The translations under genes were made by a program, and so were the position numbers. A DNA stretch of 64,000 nt. Origin: Acidobacteria bacterium RIFCSPLOWO2_12_FULL_68_19 (GTDB taxonomy: Bacteria; Acidobacteriota; Vicinamibacteria; Vicinamibacterales; UBA2999). The stretch spans positions 41,277 through 105,276 of the forward strand of contig MELF01000045.1 in assembly GCA_001767525.1 (NCBI GenBank), written 5' to 3'. Each line of letters starts with the position of its first letter. The stretch's first letter is position 1. Positions 7,956 through 16,045 of this stretch are shown here, one piece after another. Below the pieces are notes generated by a model, which was not told the origin of the DNA, ran no database searches, and worked only from the letters and a program-made list of their open reading frames with translations.

Positions 7956-8519
7956 GTGGCGCCCGATGTCCTGCTGCCGCAAGTCCTCTTTCTGTTCGGC
8001 GTCGGGTTCCTCGCGGCGAACGTGAAGGTGACCGCCGACCTCGTCCGCTTCCGCGCGCGCAAGGCGTCGGCGCTCCTCATCTGGCAGGGACCCAAGCCGC
8101 GGCACTACGGCTTCGCGCTCGCCCTCGGCGCCGTCCTCGGATTGCTCGTCGTGGTCAAGATCTTCGCCCTCGGGCGCGCGCCGCAGGAGCTGTTCGGCGA
8201 GATCATGATGTTCCTCTACTTCGGCTACGCGGTCCCGCTGAGCAGCCGGATCGCCCGCGGCTTCTACCGCGACGGCGTCTGGTCCGACACCGGCTTCATG
8301 CGGTGGGGGCAGATCTCGGCTGTTTCGTGGCGCGAGGACGACGCGATCACGCTCGTCCTCATCTCCCATTTCAAGAGCATCGCCCGGCGGCTGGAGGTGC
8401 CGGGCCATCTGTACGGAGAGGCACGGCGGCTGCTGCGCGACAGGATCGCGGCGCAGGAGATTCGCATCGGCGGCTCGGGGCTCGGCCTCGGCGTCCGCGA
8501 CGACCGCGACGCGGTGTAG
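7956..8519 (+). CDS. hypothetical membrane protein
   Basis: GTG 7956, in frame with the end of ORF 7227..8519. There are three or more hydrophobic helices (LFLFGVGFLAANV, FALALGAVLGLLVVVKIFAL, IMMFLYFGYAVPL). No family recognised. Confidence 0.5.
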   Translation: MAPDVLLPQVLFLFGVGFLAANVKVTADLVRFRARKASALLIWQGPKPRHYGFALALGAVLGLLVVVKIFALGRAPQELFGEIMMFLYFGYAVPLSSRIARGFYRDGVWSDTGFMRWGQISAVSWREDDAITLVLISHFKSIARRLEVPGHLYGEARRLLRDRIAAQEIRIGGSGLGLGVRDDRDAV

Positions 8520-8729
8520 TCGTCGGTCTCGAGGGCGCCGGGCCGACGCGTAGTGCGTACGTTCCAAAGAATCAACGAGGTATGGAGGCGCGTCGCCGCA
8601 GCCGCGACGAGGTGAGCAAAGAGAAGAAGAAGCCGGCGAAAGCCGGTCTGGCGGCCGCACGAAGGAAGGTGGGACCCCCCAAAGCGCAGGCCGTCAAGAA
8701 AGCTGCCGCGGGGTGATACCCTATGCGCC

Positions 8730-9521
8730 ATGCGCATGAAGCTGGCGGCGTTTCTCATACCGGTCACTCTGTTCGTCTTCCTGTACCCCTCGGCCCCGCG
8801 CCTCCTCGCGGCGCAAGGCTCCCCTCCGGCAATCCCGCGCACCTCCGACGGTAAGCCGGATCTGTCCGGCGTCTGGCAGGCGCTCACCACGGCGTCGTGG
8901 GACATCCAGGACCACGCGGCGCAGAAGGGCGTACCGGGCGGCCCGGGCATCGTCGTCGGCAACGAGATCCCCTACCAGCCCTCGGCGCTCGAGCGGAAGC
9001 GGCAGAACTTCGCGCAGCGGGCGGCGCTCGACCCGGTGGCCAAGTGCTACCTCCCTGGCATTCCGCGGTTGATGTACATGCCGTTCCCGCTCCAGATCGT
9101 GCAGACGCCGAACGAGATCGTGATGCTGTTCGAGTTCGTGCACGCCGTGCGGTTCGTCTTCCTGACCGGGGCGCACCCGCCGGGTCCGATCGACTGGTGG
9201 ATGGGCGATTCACGCGCCCGCTGGGAAGGAGACACGCTCGTGGTCGACGTCGTGCACTTCAACGACCAGACGTGGTTCGACGCCGCGGGCAACTTCCACA
9301 GCGAGGCGATGCACCTGGTCGAGCGCTACACGATGCTCGGGCCGGATCACATCCAGTACGACGTGCGTGTCGAAGACCCGAAGGTGTTCGCGCGTCCCTG
9401 GGACATGAGCGTGGTCCTCTACCGCCGCAAGGAGCGGAACGCGCAGCTCTACGACTATGAATGCTATGCGTTCGACTACGAGAAGTACTATCCGTATCCC
9501 CAAATGAGGAGTCCGCAATGA
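8730..9521 (+). CDS. secreted hypothetical protein, paralog 1 of an unassigned family
   Basis: 263 aa with a signal peptide. Blocks DGKPDLSGVW, IPYQPSA, C.LPGIPR, GDSRARWEGDTLVVD and FARPWDM are shared with 9518..10342 and 13193..14047. Confidence 0.7.
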   Translation: MRMKLAAFLIPVTLFVFLYPSAPRLLAAQGSPPAIPRTSDGKPDLSGVWQALTTASWDIQDHAAQKGVPGGPGIVVGNEIPYQPSALERKRQNFAQRAALDPVAKCYLPGIPRLMYMPFPLQIVQTPNEIVMLFEFVHAVRFVFLTGAHPPGPIDWWMGDSRARWEGDTLVVDVVHFNDQTWFDAAGNFHSEAMHLVERYTMLGPDHIQYDVRVEDPKVFARPWDMSVVLYRRKERNAQLYDYECYAFDYEKYYPYPQMRSPQ

Positions 9522-10342
9522 GTACGCGACTGCTGATCGGGGCCGTGGGGAGTCTGCTTCTGTGGGCGGCGGCGCCCCTGGCTGGGCAGCAAGCCGCGCC
9601 CAAGCCGCTCGAACGGCTGCCGGACGGACAACCGAACGTGCAGGGGGTCTGGGGGCCGGTCAACGCCGGATCGCTGTCGCTCACCAATCCGGTTCCGCAG
9701 GCGGCGGACTTCGACCCGACCATCAAGCCGCTGCCGAGCCGGATCGTCGATCCGCCCGACGGCAAGGTGCCGTACCAGCCCTGGGCCGCCGCGCTCCAGA
9801 AGGAGCAGAACCACTACTATGCCTATCCCATGCGGCCCGAGCACATCGATCCCCAGCACCGGTGCCTCGTGTCCGGCGTGCCGCGGCTGTTCACGATCAT
9901 GCCGTCGCTCAGGATTGTTCAGTCGCGCGGGCTGATCGTCTTCCTGTGGGACACCTACCAGGCGTACCGGGTCATTCCGCTCGACACCCGCCCGCACGTC
10001 GCGGCGGACGTGAAGCTGTACATGGGCGACGGCCGCGGCCGCTGGGAGGGGAACACGCTCGTCATCGACACGCGCAGCGTGAAAGGACAGCGCCTCACCT
10101 ACATCGGCGACTTCTACAGCGACAACGCGACGATCGTGGAGCGCCTCACCTGGACCGACGCCAACACCTTCACGTACGACGCGACTATCACCGACCCCAC
10201 CGTCTTCACGCGGCCCTGGACGATGCGCCTGGTCCAGCGGCGGCGGCCGAACGAGGAGATGTGGGAAGGCGCGTGCTACGAGGGGAATCTGGATCCGGAG
10301 CAGTTCCTGTTGAAGAGCGCGCCCCCGCCGCCGACGCGATAA
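9518..10342 (+). CDS. secreted hypothetical protein, paralog 2
   Basis: ATG 9518 overlaps the previous stop (ATGA), with GGAG upstream. Signal peptide MSTRLLIGAVGSLLLWAAAPLAG. Blocks DGQPNVQGVW, VPYQPWAAA, C.VSGVPR, GDGRGRWEGNTLVID and FTRPWTM. Confidence 0.7.
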   Translation: MSTRLLIGAVGSLLLWAAAPLAGQQAAPKPLERLPDGQPNVQGVWGPVNAGSLSLTNPVPQAADFDPTIKPLPSRIVDPPDGKVPYQPWAAALQKEQNHYYAYPMRPEHIDPQHRCLVSGVPRLFTIMPSLRIVQSRGLIVFLWDTYQAYRVIPLDTRPHVAADVKLYMGDGRGRWEGNTLVIDTRSVKGQRLTYIGDFYSDNATIVERLTWTDANTFTYDATITDPTVFTRPWTMRLVQRRRPNEEMWEGACYEGNLDPEQFLLKSAPPPPTR

Positions 10343-10424
10343 CGTCCGCTCGATTCGGCGGGTGCGCCTCGCGCTCGGTCGCCCCGTTCGGCGGCACCCG
10401 CCCTGCGTGCGGATTCGACTCGCC

Positions 10425-11195
10425 TCACTGCAGCAATGCCCAGAGCCCCAGGCCCGCGGCGGTCGGGTCGCCGAGCCAGTCGGGGGGCGTCAGCCAGACG
10501 AACGCCAGGATCGCGATCACCCACGCGTCGTAGGGGATCGTCGTCCGCTCGTCCCGCCAGAAGAAGGCCCGCCAGAATGCCCGGCCGGCAGCGGTCGTGC
10601 CGGCCGGCATCGGCCGGCCGCTGAGCACCAGATGGGTGTAGTGGATCCGGTTGATCACCGTCACGACCGACAGGAGCAGGATGACCCACAGGACCCCGGC
10701 CATGCGGTCGGTGAAGGCGCCGATCATGAAGAGCACGATGCGCTCCGGCCGCTCCATGAAGCCCACCTTGCACTTGTCGATGAGCGACTCGGCGCGCGCC
10801 CGGGTGTAGCTCGTCATGATCGAGAAGAGCATCGTGAGCGCCGCCACCATCACGTAGTCGGTGCGCCGGAGGTCGGCGTAGAGGTAGATCACGCCGATGA
10901 ACAGGGCGAGGTCCGAGAACCGGTCGAGGGTCGAGTCCCAGAAGGCGCCGAACCGCGACACCGTGTTCGTCAGGTGCGCGACCTTGCCGTCGATGAAGTC
11001 GAAGATGTTGGCGACGATCATCATGACGCCGGCCAGGAGGAACCGATCGACGCCGAGAGCCCAGGCGGCCGCCACGTTCACGAGCACGCCGATGAGCGTC
11101 AGCGCGTTGGGGTGGATGCCGAGGGCGACGCTGCCTGCGATGATGGCGCGCAGCGGGAACATGCAGACGGTTCCCACCAGGCCGGTGAATGTCAT
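10425..11195 (-). CDS. CDP-alcohol phosphatidyltransferase family protein
   Basis: 256 aa, polytopic. Signature DFIDGKVAHLTNTVSRFGAFWDSTLDRFSD (D-x2-DG-x2-A...G-x3-D-x3-D). Confidence 0.85.
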   Translation of the reverse strand: MTFTGLVGTVCMFPLRAIIAGSVALGIHPNALTLIGVLVNVAAAWALGVDRFLLAGVMMIVANIFDFIDGKVAHLTNTVSRFGAFWDSTLDRFSDLALFIGVIYLYADLRRTDYVMVAALTMLFSIMTSYTRARAESLIDKCKVGFMERPERIVLFMIGAFTDRMAGVLWVILLLSVVTVINRIHYTHLVLSGRPMPAGTTAAGRAFWRAFFWRDERTTIPYDAWVIAILAFVWLTPPDWLGDPTAAGLGLWALLQ

Positions 11196-11251
11196 CGGTT
11201 GTAATAATGAGAGGTGTTCGTCGCCGTGATCCGCGTCGAATAGAGTAGCCC

Positions 11252-13129
11252 ATGCCGATCCACGACCTCAAGGAGCAGATTGCGCGGCTGCCGGAGCAGC
11301 CGGGCGTCTACCTCTGGGGCAACGCCGCCGGCGAGACGATCTACGTCGGAAAGGCGCGGGCGCTGAGGGATCGCGTGCGTAGCTACACGGGCGCGGCGGG
11401 CCTCAGTCCGCGCCACGACGCGCTGCTCGACGAGATCGCCTCGCTCGAGGTGATCGTCACCGACTCGGTGATGGAAGCGCTGGCGCTCGAGAACAATCTG
11501 ATCAAGCAGCGCCGGCCCAAGTACAACATCCTGCTTCGCGACGACAAGAACTACCCCTACCTGCAGCTCACGACGAGCGAGGCGTGTCCGCGCATCCTGG
11601 TGGCGCGCCGGGTGGAGAAGGGGGATGATTTCTACGCCGGCCCGTTCCTTCCCGCGAAGCTCGCGCGAAAGACGATGGCGCTGGCGCACCGGCTGTTCGG
11701 GATCCGGTCGTGCAGCGAGGTGATTACGGGGCGGCGTGGGCGGCCCTGCCTCGAGCACGACATCAAGCGCTGCATCGCCCCGTGCGTCGCCGAGATCTGC
11801 AGCCACGAGCGTTACGCGGCCGCGGTCGAGAATGCGAAGCTGCTCCTCGCGGGGCGCACCGGCGAGCTTGCCGACACGCTGCAGGCGCGCATGCAACAGG
11901 CCGCCGACGCCGAGCGCTACGAGGAGGCGGCGCAGCTGCGCGACGCGCTGCGCACGGTGCAGACGCTGCGCGATCGGGAGCAGAAAGTGGCGACGCCGGA
12001 GCTTGGCGATCGTGACGTCTTCGGCCTCAAGATCGGCCCGAGCGGCGGCGCCATTCAGCTCTTCGCCGTGCGGGGGGGGCGCGTCATCGAGCGCGTCGAG
12101 CTGGGGGTGGAGCCGGGGCTCGTCCGGCGCGAGGCCGAGGTGCTGCAAGCGGCGCTGCAGGAGTTCTACGGGGACCGCGTACCGCCGGCGGACATCCATC
12201 TCCCGTTCGAGATTGAGGACGCCGAGGCGCTCGGGGCGTGGCTGTCGAATCGCGCGGGCCGGCGCGTGCGGGTCACTGTGCCGCTCCGTGGCGACAAGCG
12301 GGCGCTCGTCGAGCTGGCGACGCGCAACGCGGAGCTCTCGTACCGCACGCGGTTCAACGAGGCCACCGCGGCGCACTTCGAGGCGCTCGAAACGCTGCGA
12401 TCGACTCTCGGGCTGCCGGCGATGCCGCGGCGCATCGAGTGCTTCGACATCTCGACGATCCAGGGGAGCGAGACCGTGGCGTCGATGGTCGTCTGCGACG
12501 ACGGCCGCATGAAGAAGTCGGAGTACCGCAAGTTCCGCATCAAAGGGCTTCGGGCTTCGGGCCTCGGGCGTCAGGCCACCAGAGCCCAAGGCCAGGAGCC
12601 CAAGGCTCACGGCCCAACGCTCAGAGCCCTGCCGGACGATTTCGCCGCGATGCGGGAGGTCGTTCAGCGGCGCTACCGCAAGGTGATGGAGGAGGGCGGG
12701 CCGTTTCCGGCTCTGATCGTCATCGACGGTGGCAAAGGGCAGGTGACTGCCGCCTATGACGCACTCGAGTCGATCGGTCTGGGCAACCTGGTGGCGGTCG
12801 GGATCGCCAAGCGGGAGGAACTGCTCTTCACCCGCGACCGGTCCGAGCCGATCGCGCTCGCCGAGCACGACCCGGCGCTGCTGCTCCTCGAGCGCATCAG
12901 GGACGAGGCGCACCGGTTCGCCGTCGCTTTCCACCGCAAGGCGCGCTCGATGCGCGACCTCCGCTCGGAGCTCGACACCGTCCCCGGCATCGGCCCGCGG
13001 CGGCGGCGGGCGCTCCTCACCGCGTTCGGGAGCCTGGCCGGTGTTCGCCGCGCCACCCGCGAGGAACTGGGCGCAGTGATCGGACCGAAAGCCGCTGCCG
13101 CGGCGATCGACTACTTTGCGAAGTCGTGA
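11252..13129 (+). CDS. uvrC: excinuclease ABC subunit C
   Basis: 625 aa. N-terminal GIY-YIG (PGVYLWGNAAGETIYVGKA), a UVR domain, an Endo V-like domain and a C-terminal (HhH)2 (VPGIGPRRRRALLTAFGS). It carries a 28-aa in-frame insert encoded by a heptad repeat. Confidence 0.95.
   Translation: MPIHDLKEQIARLPEQPGVYLWGNAAGETIYVGKARALRDRVRSYTGAAGLSPRHDALLDEIASLEVIVTDSVMEALALENNLIKQRRPKYNILLRDDKNYPYLQLTTSEACPRILVARRVEKGDDFYAGPFLPAKLARKTMALAHRLFGIRSCSEVITGRRGRPCLEHDIKRCIAPCVAEICSHERYAAAVENAKLLLAGRTGELADTLQARMQQAADAERYEEAAQLRDALRTVQTLRDREQKVATPELGDRDVFGLKIGPSGGAIQLFAVRGGRVIERVELGVEPGLVRREAEVLQAALQEFYGDRVPPADIHLPFEIEDAEALGAWLSNRAGRRVRVTVPLRGDKRALVELATRNAELSYRTRFNEATAAHFEALETLRSTLGLPAMPRRIECFDISTIQGSETVASMVVCDDGRMKKSEYRKFRIKGLRASGLGRQATRAQGQEPKAHGPTLRALPDDFAAMREVVQRRYRKVMEEGGPFPALIVIDGGKGQVTAAYDALESIGLGNLVAVGIAKREELLFTRDRSEPIALAEHDPALLLLERIRDEAHRFAVAFHRKARSMRDLRSELDTVPGIGPRRRRALLTAFGSLAGVRRATREELGAVIGPKAAAAAIDYFAKS
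12545..12628. repeat. heptad-phased repeat element, 12 x 7 bp (84 bp), in frame inside uvrC
   Basis: GGGCTTC GGGCTTC GGGCCTC GGGCGTC AGGCCAC CAGAGCC CAAGGCC AGGAGCC CAAGGCT CACGGCC CAACGCT CAGAGCC. It starts on a codon boundary and encodes GLRASGLGRQATRAQGQEPKAHGPTLRA. Confidence 0.7.
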
Positions 13130-13192
13130 GGTGTCACGTCGGGCCGCGGGTCGGCGGGCGCGGACGTGCGGCGACCCGATGTGTGCGGCAGG

Positions 13193-14047
13193 TCAGCGCA
13201 GCCCGGACACGCCGGGATAGATCCGGTAACCGAGGCCGAAGAGAGGCTCCGTGTTGCGCTCGCCTTCGTGGCACGCTTCTTCGAACAGTTCGAGGTTGCG
13301 TTCCTTGTTGCGTCTGAGGGGGAACGCCATCGTCCACGGACGCGTATAGACGGCTGGATCCTCGATCGTGGCGGCGACGTGGATCGTGTCGGGATCGATC
13401 GGCGTGAACCGCATGACGATGTGGGCCCGTTCCGAGTAGAAGTTCCCAGCCTGGTCGAACCACGGTCGCCCGTTGAGACTGGTGACGTCGGCGACCAAGG
13501 TGCGCCCCTCCCAGCGTCCGCGGAAATCTCCCTGCCACAGTCCAACCTCTTGGCCGACGTGCGGACCCGCGTCAGTCGGAATGATCCAGTACGTGTGTGC
13601 CCGTTCGAAGAGCACGATGACGTACCGCGGCGCCTGGAGAATCTGGATCGTGGTGGGAGTGTAGAGCGACCGCGGGACGCCGGATGGGAAGCACGGCACG
13701 TTTGGATCGACGTACCGTGCCTTGTTCTCGTCGCGCTGGGCGGCCGCCCAGGGCTGATAGGGAATTCTACCGTCCGGCGGGTCGATGACGAGACTCGGCC
13801 CCCCATTGTCGTCCTCCGTCTTGGGATGGGCCTCGATGCTCTCGGTGGCGGCGCCTGGTCCGCGCCAGAACCCGCTCAGATCGGTTCGGCCGTCCGAGGT
13901 CCGGGGCGGTTCGAAGACCGCCGCCCGCGCCAGTGCACAGGGATGAAACCGAGCCGGGTCGGCCGGACAACCCTCCTGCGCCGAGGTCAGCGGCGCCGCC
14001 AGCACGGCGACGGCAACCGCTGCCCCGACACAGGCTGAGAACCTCAC
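13193..14047 (-). CDS. secreted hypothetical protein, paralog 3
   Basis: The GTG at 14047 overlaps the upstream stop (GTGA 14044-14047), and a signal peptide (VRFSACVGAAVAVAVLAAPLTSA) follows. Blocks DGRTDLSGFW, IPYQPWAAA, C.PSGVPR, GDFRGRWEGRTLVAD and YTRPWTM. Confidence 0.7.
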   Translation of the reverse strand: MRFSACVGAAVAVAVLAAPLTSAQEGCPADPARFHPCALARAAVFEPPRTSDGRTDLSGFWRGPGAATESIEAHPKTEDDNGGPSLVIDPPDGRIPYQPWAAAQRDENKARYVDPNVPCFPSGVPRSLYTPTTIQILQAPRYVIVLFERAHTYWIIPTDAGPHVGQEVGLWQGDFRGRWEGRTLVADVTSLNGRPWFDQAGNFYSERAHIVMRFTPIDPDTIHVAATIEDPAVYTRPWTMAFPLRRNKERNLELFEEACHEGERNTEPLFGLGYRIYPGVSGLR

Positions 14048-14556
14048 AGACCCCAGGGAACGAGCCGGCCGAAATACAGCACGCCGGTCCACAGGGTGAT
14101 CGATGCGACTGCCATCGCCTTGGCGCCGCCCGGCGCCTCTTCACCGGCTCCCACTGCGTCGACCTGGCGACCCACGCCGGTCACATAGAAGAGGAGCGCG
14201 TTGAGTCCGGCCAGTGCCATCGCCACCAGCTTCAACTGCAGGTACAGGTTCGTCACGATGACATCGTACGCGTTGACCCCGAACAGATTCGCCCCGAGGC
14301 CCAGCGTAAATCCGAGACCGCTGCAGAAGGCGAGCAGGAACCCGAATACCCCCCAGGGAAGGAGCCGACGGAACGGCTCGAGGGGAAGAGACTTGGCAAC
14401 CCCCAGGACGCGCAGATCGAACATGCCTACGACGCCGAAGAGCAGGGCCAGACCGACGAAATGCGTAACCTCCAACAGCGGCCATCCCCACGGGTTCTGG
14501 TTCAGAAAGCTGTTCAATGACGGCCAGTCGAGGATATATCGAAGTACGGCTTCCAT
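14044..14556 (-). CDS. hypothetical polytopic membrane protein (paralog of 14575..15180)
   Basis: 170 aa. It shares LRVLGVAKSLPLEP and GAGEEAPGGAKAMAVA blocks with the upstream gene. No family name known to me. Confidence 0.6.
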   Translation of the reverse strand: MEAVLRYILDWPSLNSFLNQNPWGWPLLEVTHFVGLALLFGVVGMFDLRVLGVAKSLPLEPFRRLLPWGVFGFLLAFCSGLGFTLGLGANLFGVNAYDVIVTNLYLQLKLVAMALAGLNALLFYVTGVGRQVDAVGAGEEAPGGAKAMAVASITLWTGVLYFGRLVPWGL

Positions 14557-14574
14557 GGCGTCACAGTCCTTTCG

Positions 14575-15180
14575 TCACGCGTGCGAACGGCGGGCAGGGG
14601 CTCCTGCCCGTTCGCCCGACCCGCCCCGGATGAAGATAGCTCTCCCGATCGTGAGCACGACGGCCAGGATCAGGACGGCAAAAGTGGTCTCTATCTGGAT
14701 GAGCGGGCTGTACGCCGTAACGCGCCCTGCGAGGATGCCCACGAACCAGGACAGAATCACCGCGACTGCCAGTCCTTTGGCTCCCGCCGGCGCGTCACCG
14801 GCTCCCGCCGCCGTGCGACCGCGGAAGATCACACCCGAGAGCTTCGACATCATGACGAGGGCGACGACGATGCTCGCGAGCTTGATGTAGAAGACCGGAA
14901 TGGTCAGAAACTTACCCGGTTCGAGGATGAACAGCACCAGACCCGAGAAGAGGCTGATCCAGAAGCCGAGCCACATGAACCGGAGGTACTTCTCCATCGG
15001 CGCCAGCGGCAAGGCGCTGGCGACGCCGAGAACTCGCAGACAGACCCCCACACTGACGCCAACAATCATCCCGAGGCCAATGGTGTGAAGGGTGATGTAG
15101 AGCTGATACGCGAGCAGCGATGGCGACTCACGGACCCAGGTCGCAAAACCGCTGTTCTGGAGCGATTCAAGAAAGCCCAT
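14575..15180 (-). CDS. hypothetical polytopic membrane protein (paralog of 14044..14556)
   Basis: 201 aa with LRVLGVASALPLAP and GAGDAPAGAKGLAVA blocks and several hydrophobic helices. Confidence 0.6.
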   Translation of the reverse strand: MGFLESLQNSGFATWVRESPSLLAYQLYITLHTIGLGMIVGVSVGVCLRVLGVASALPLAPMEKYLRFMWLGFWISLFSGLVLFILEPGKFLTIPVFYIKLASIVVALVMMSKLSGVIFRGRTAAGAGDAPAGAKGLAVAVILSWFVGILAGRVTAYSPLIQIETTFAVLILAVVLTIGRAIFIRGGSGERAGAPARRSHA

Positions 15181-15204
15181 TCTGTTCTCCCGAAATCGTT
15201 CGTG

Positions 15205-15627
15205 CTAGAAACCGCGCTCCCCGCCCTCCCCGGGAGCCTGGCCGGCCGTGCCTGCGAACAGCTTTCTCCCGTCGCCCAAGGTCACGTCGCGGGCGTTCGC
15301 CTTCGGCGACCCGTCCTTGGCTTGGAACCCCGTGATCGTTACCTGCACGCCGACGGGCAGGTCCGTCTTCCGCCAGCCGCGTCGCAGCAAGGCGTTGGAG
15401 GCTCCGAATTCGAGACTCCACGTCACGACCCTGCCGTCCGGCTGTTTGACGTCGATGAAGAGCCATGAATGGGGGTTGACCCAGTCCATGCTCTTGATCG
15501 TGCCGGTCAGGGATACCGGCTTGTTGGCATCGAACTCCGCCGCAAAGGAGTGGTGGGCGATCGCCGGCTTCGCGATCAGGAACAGACCGACAACACCCAT
15601 TGCTACAAGAAACCGCTTCGTGTTCAT
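15205..15627 (-). CDS. small secreted protein with an N-terminal HHSF motif after the signal peptide (DUF6152-like, name from memory)
   Basis: ATG at 15627 (MNTKRFLVAMGVVGLFLIAKPAIAHHSFAAEFD...), 140 aa, with GAGGTG upstream. It is first in a 4-gene minus-strand operon. Confidence 0.65.
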   Translation of the reverse strand: MNTKRFLVAMGVVGLFLIAKPAIAHHSFAAEFDANKPVSLTGTIKSMDWVNPHSWLFIDVKQPDGRVVTWSLEFGASNALLRRGWRKTDLPVGVQVTITGFQAKDGSPKANARDVTLGDGRKLFAGTAGQAPGEGGERGF

Positions 15628-15998
15628 GGAGGTCACCTCAGATGTCGCCTTGAGCAAACAGGATGCCGGGGCTTCGGTCCTGCGCCGAGGCGGTGCTCCG
15701 TCGGATTCTACCGGGCCCCAGCCCCTGCGAACAAGCCGCGATCGGCCGCGGCGAGCCTCGTCGTGACATTTCGCGCTCCAGTCGGGCCGCGGAGAAATCC
15801 CCAAGTGCTGTGAAGAATTACCACGCGTCTCCAGAGCCCAAATGGCGGATTCTCGCCAGTTCGTCCCGGGATCTTCGCGGGATTCTCAGCATCCCACGGC
15901 GCCGCCGGGGTTGGCCCGTCGTGTGCTTGGCTGCGGCGCACGGGAGTGGTTTGTGTCCCGGCCGCGCAATTCTCCCGGTGAGGCCTTCTTCGGTCGGC

Positions 15999-16030
15999 CG
16001 TGAATTCATAAACGTGAATTATTCGTGAAT
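15999..16030 (+). promoter_or_regulatory. three direct CGTGAAT repeats upstream of the TonB-dependent receptor
   Basis: CGTGAAT occurs at 15999, 16013 and 16024 (spacing 14 and 11 nt) in the only AT-rich patch of the divergent spacer. This is 16-47 nt upstream of the GGAGG-preceded GTG at 16046. Confidence 0.3.
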
Positions 16031-16045
16031 CGTTGGGAGGGACCT

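Noticed and set aside
8582-8716. 44-aa Lys/Ala-rich ORF (MEARRRSRDEVSKEKKKPAKAG...) with a GAGG upstream.
   Set aside because: It could be a small basic protein, but it has no recognisable family, is compositionally simple, and lies in a spacer where such ORFs arise by chance. The evidence is insufficient.
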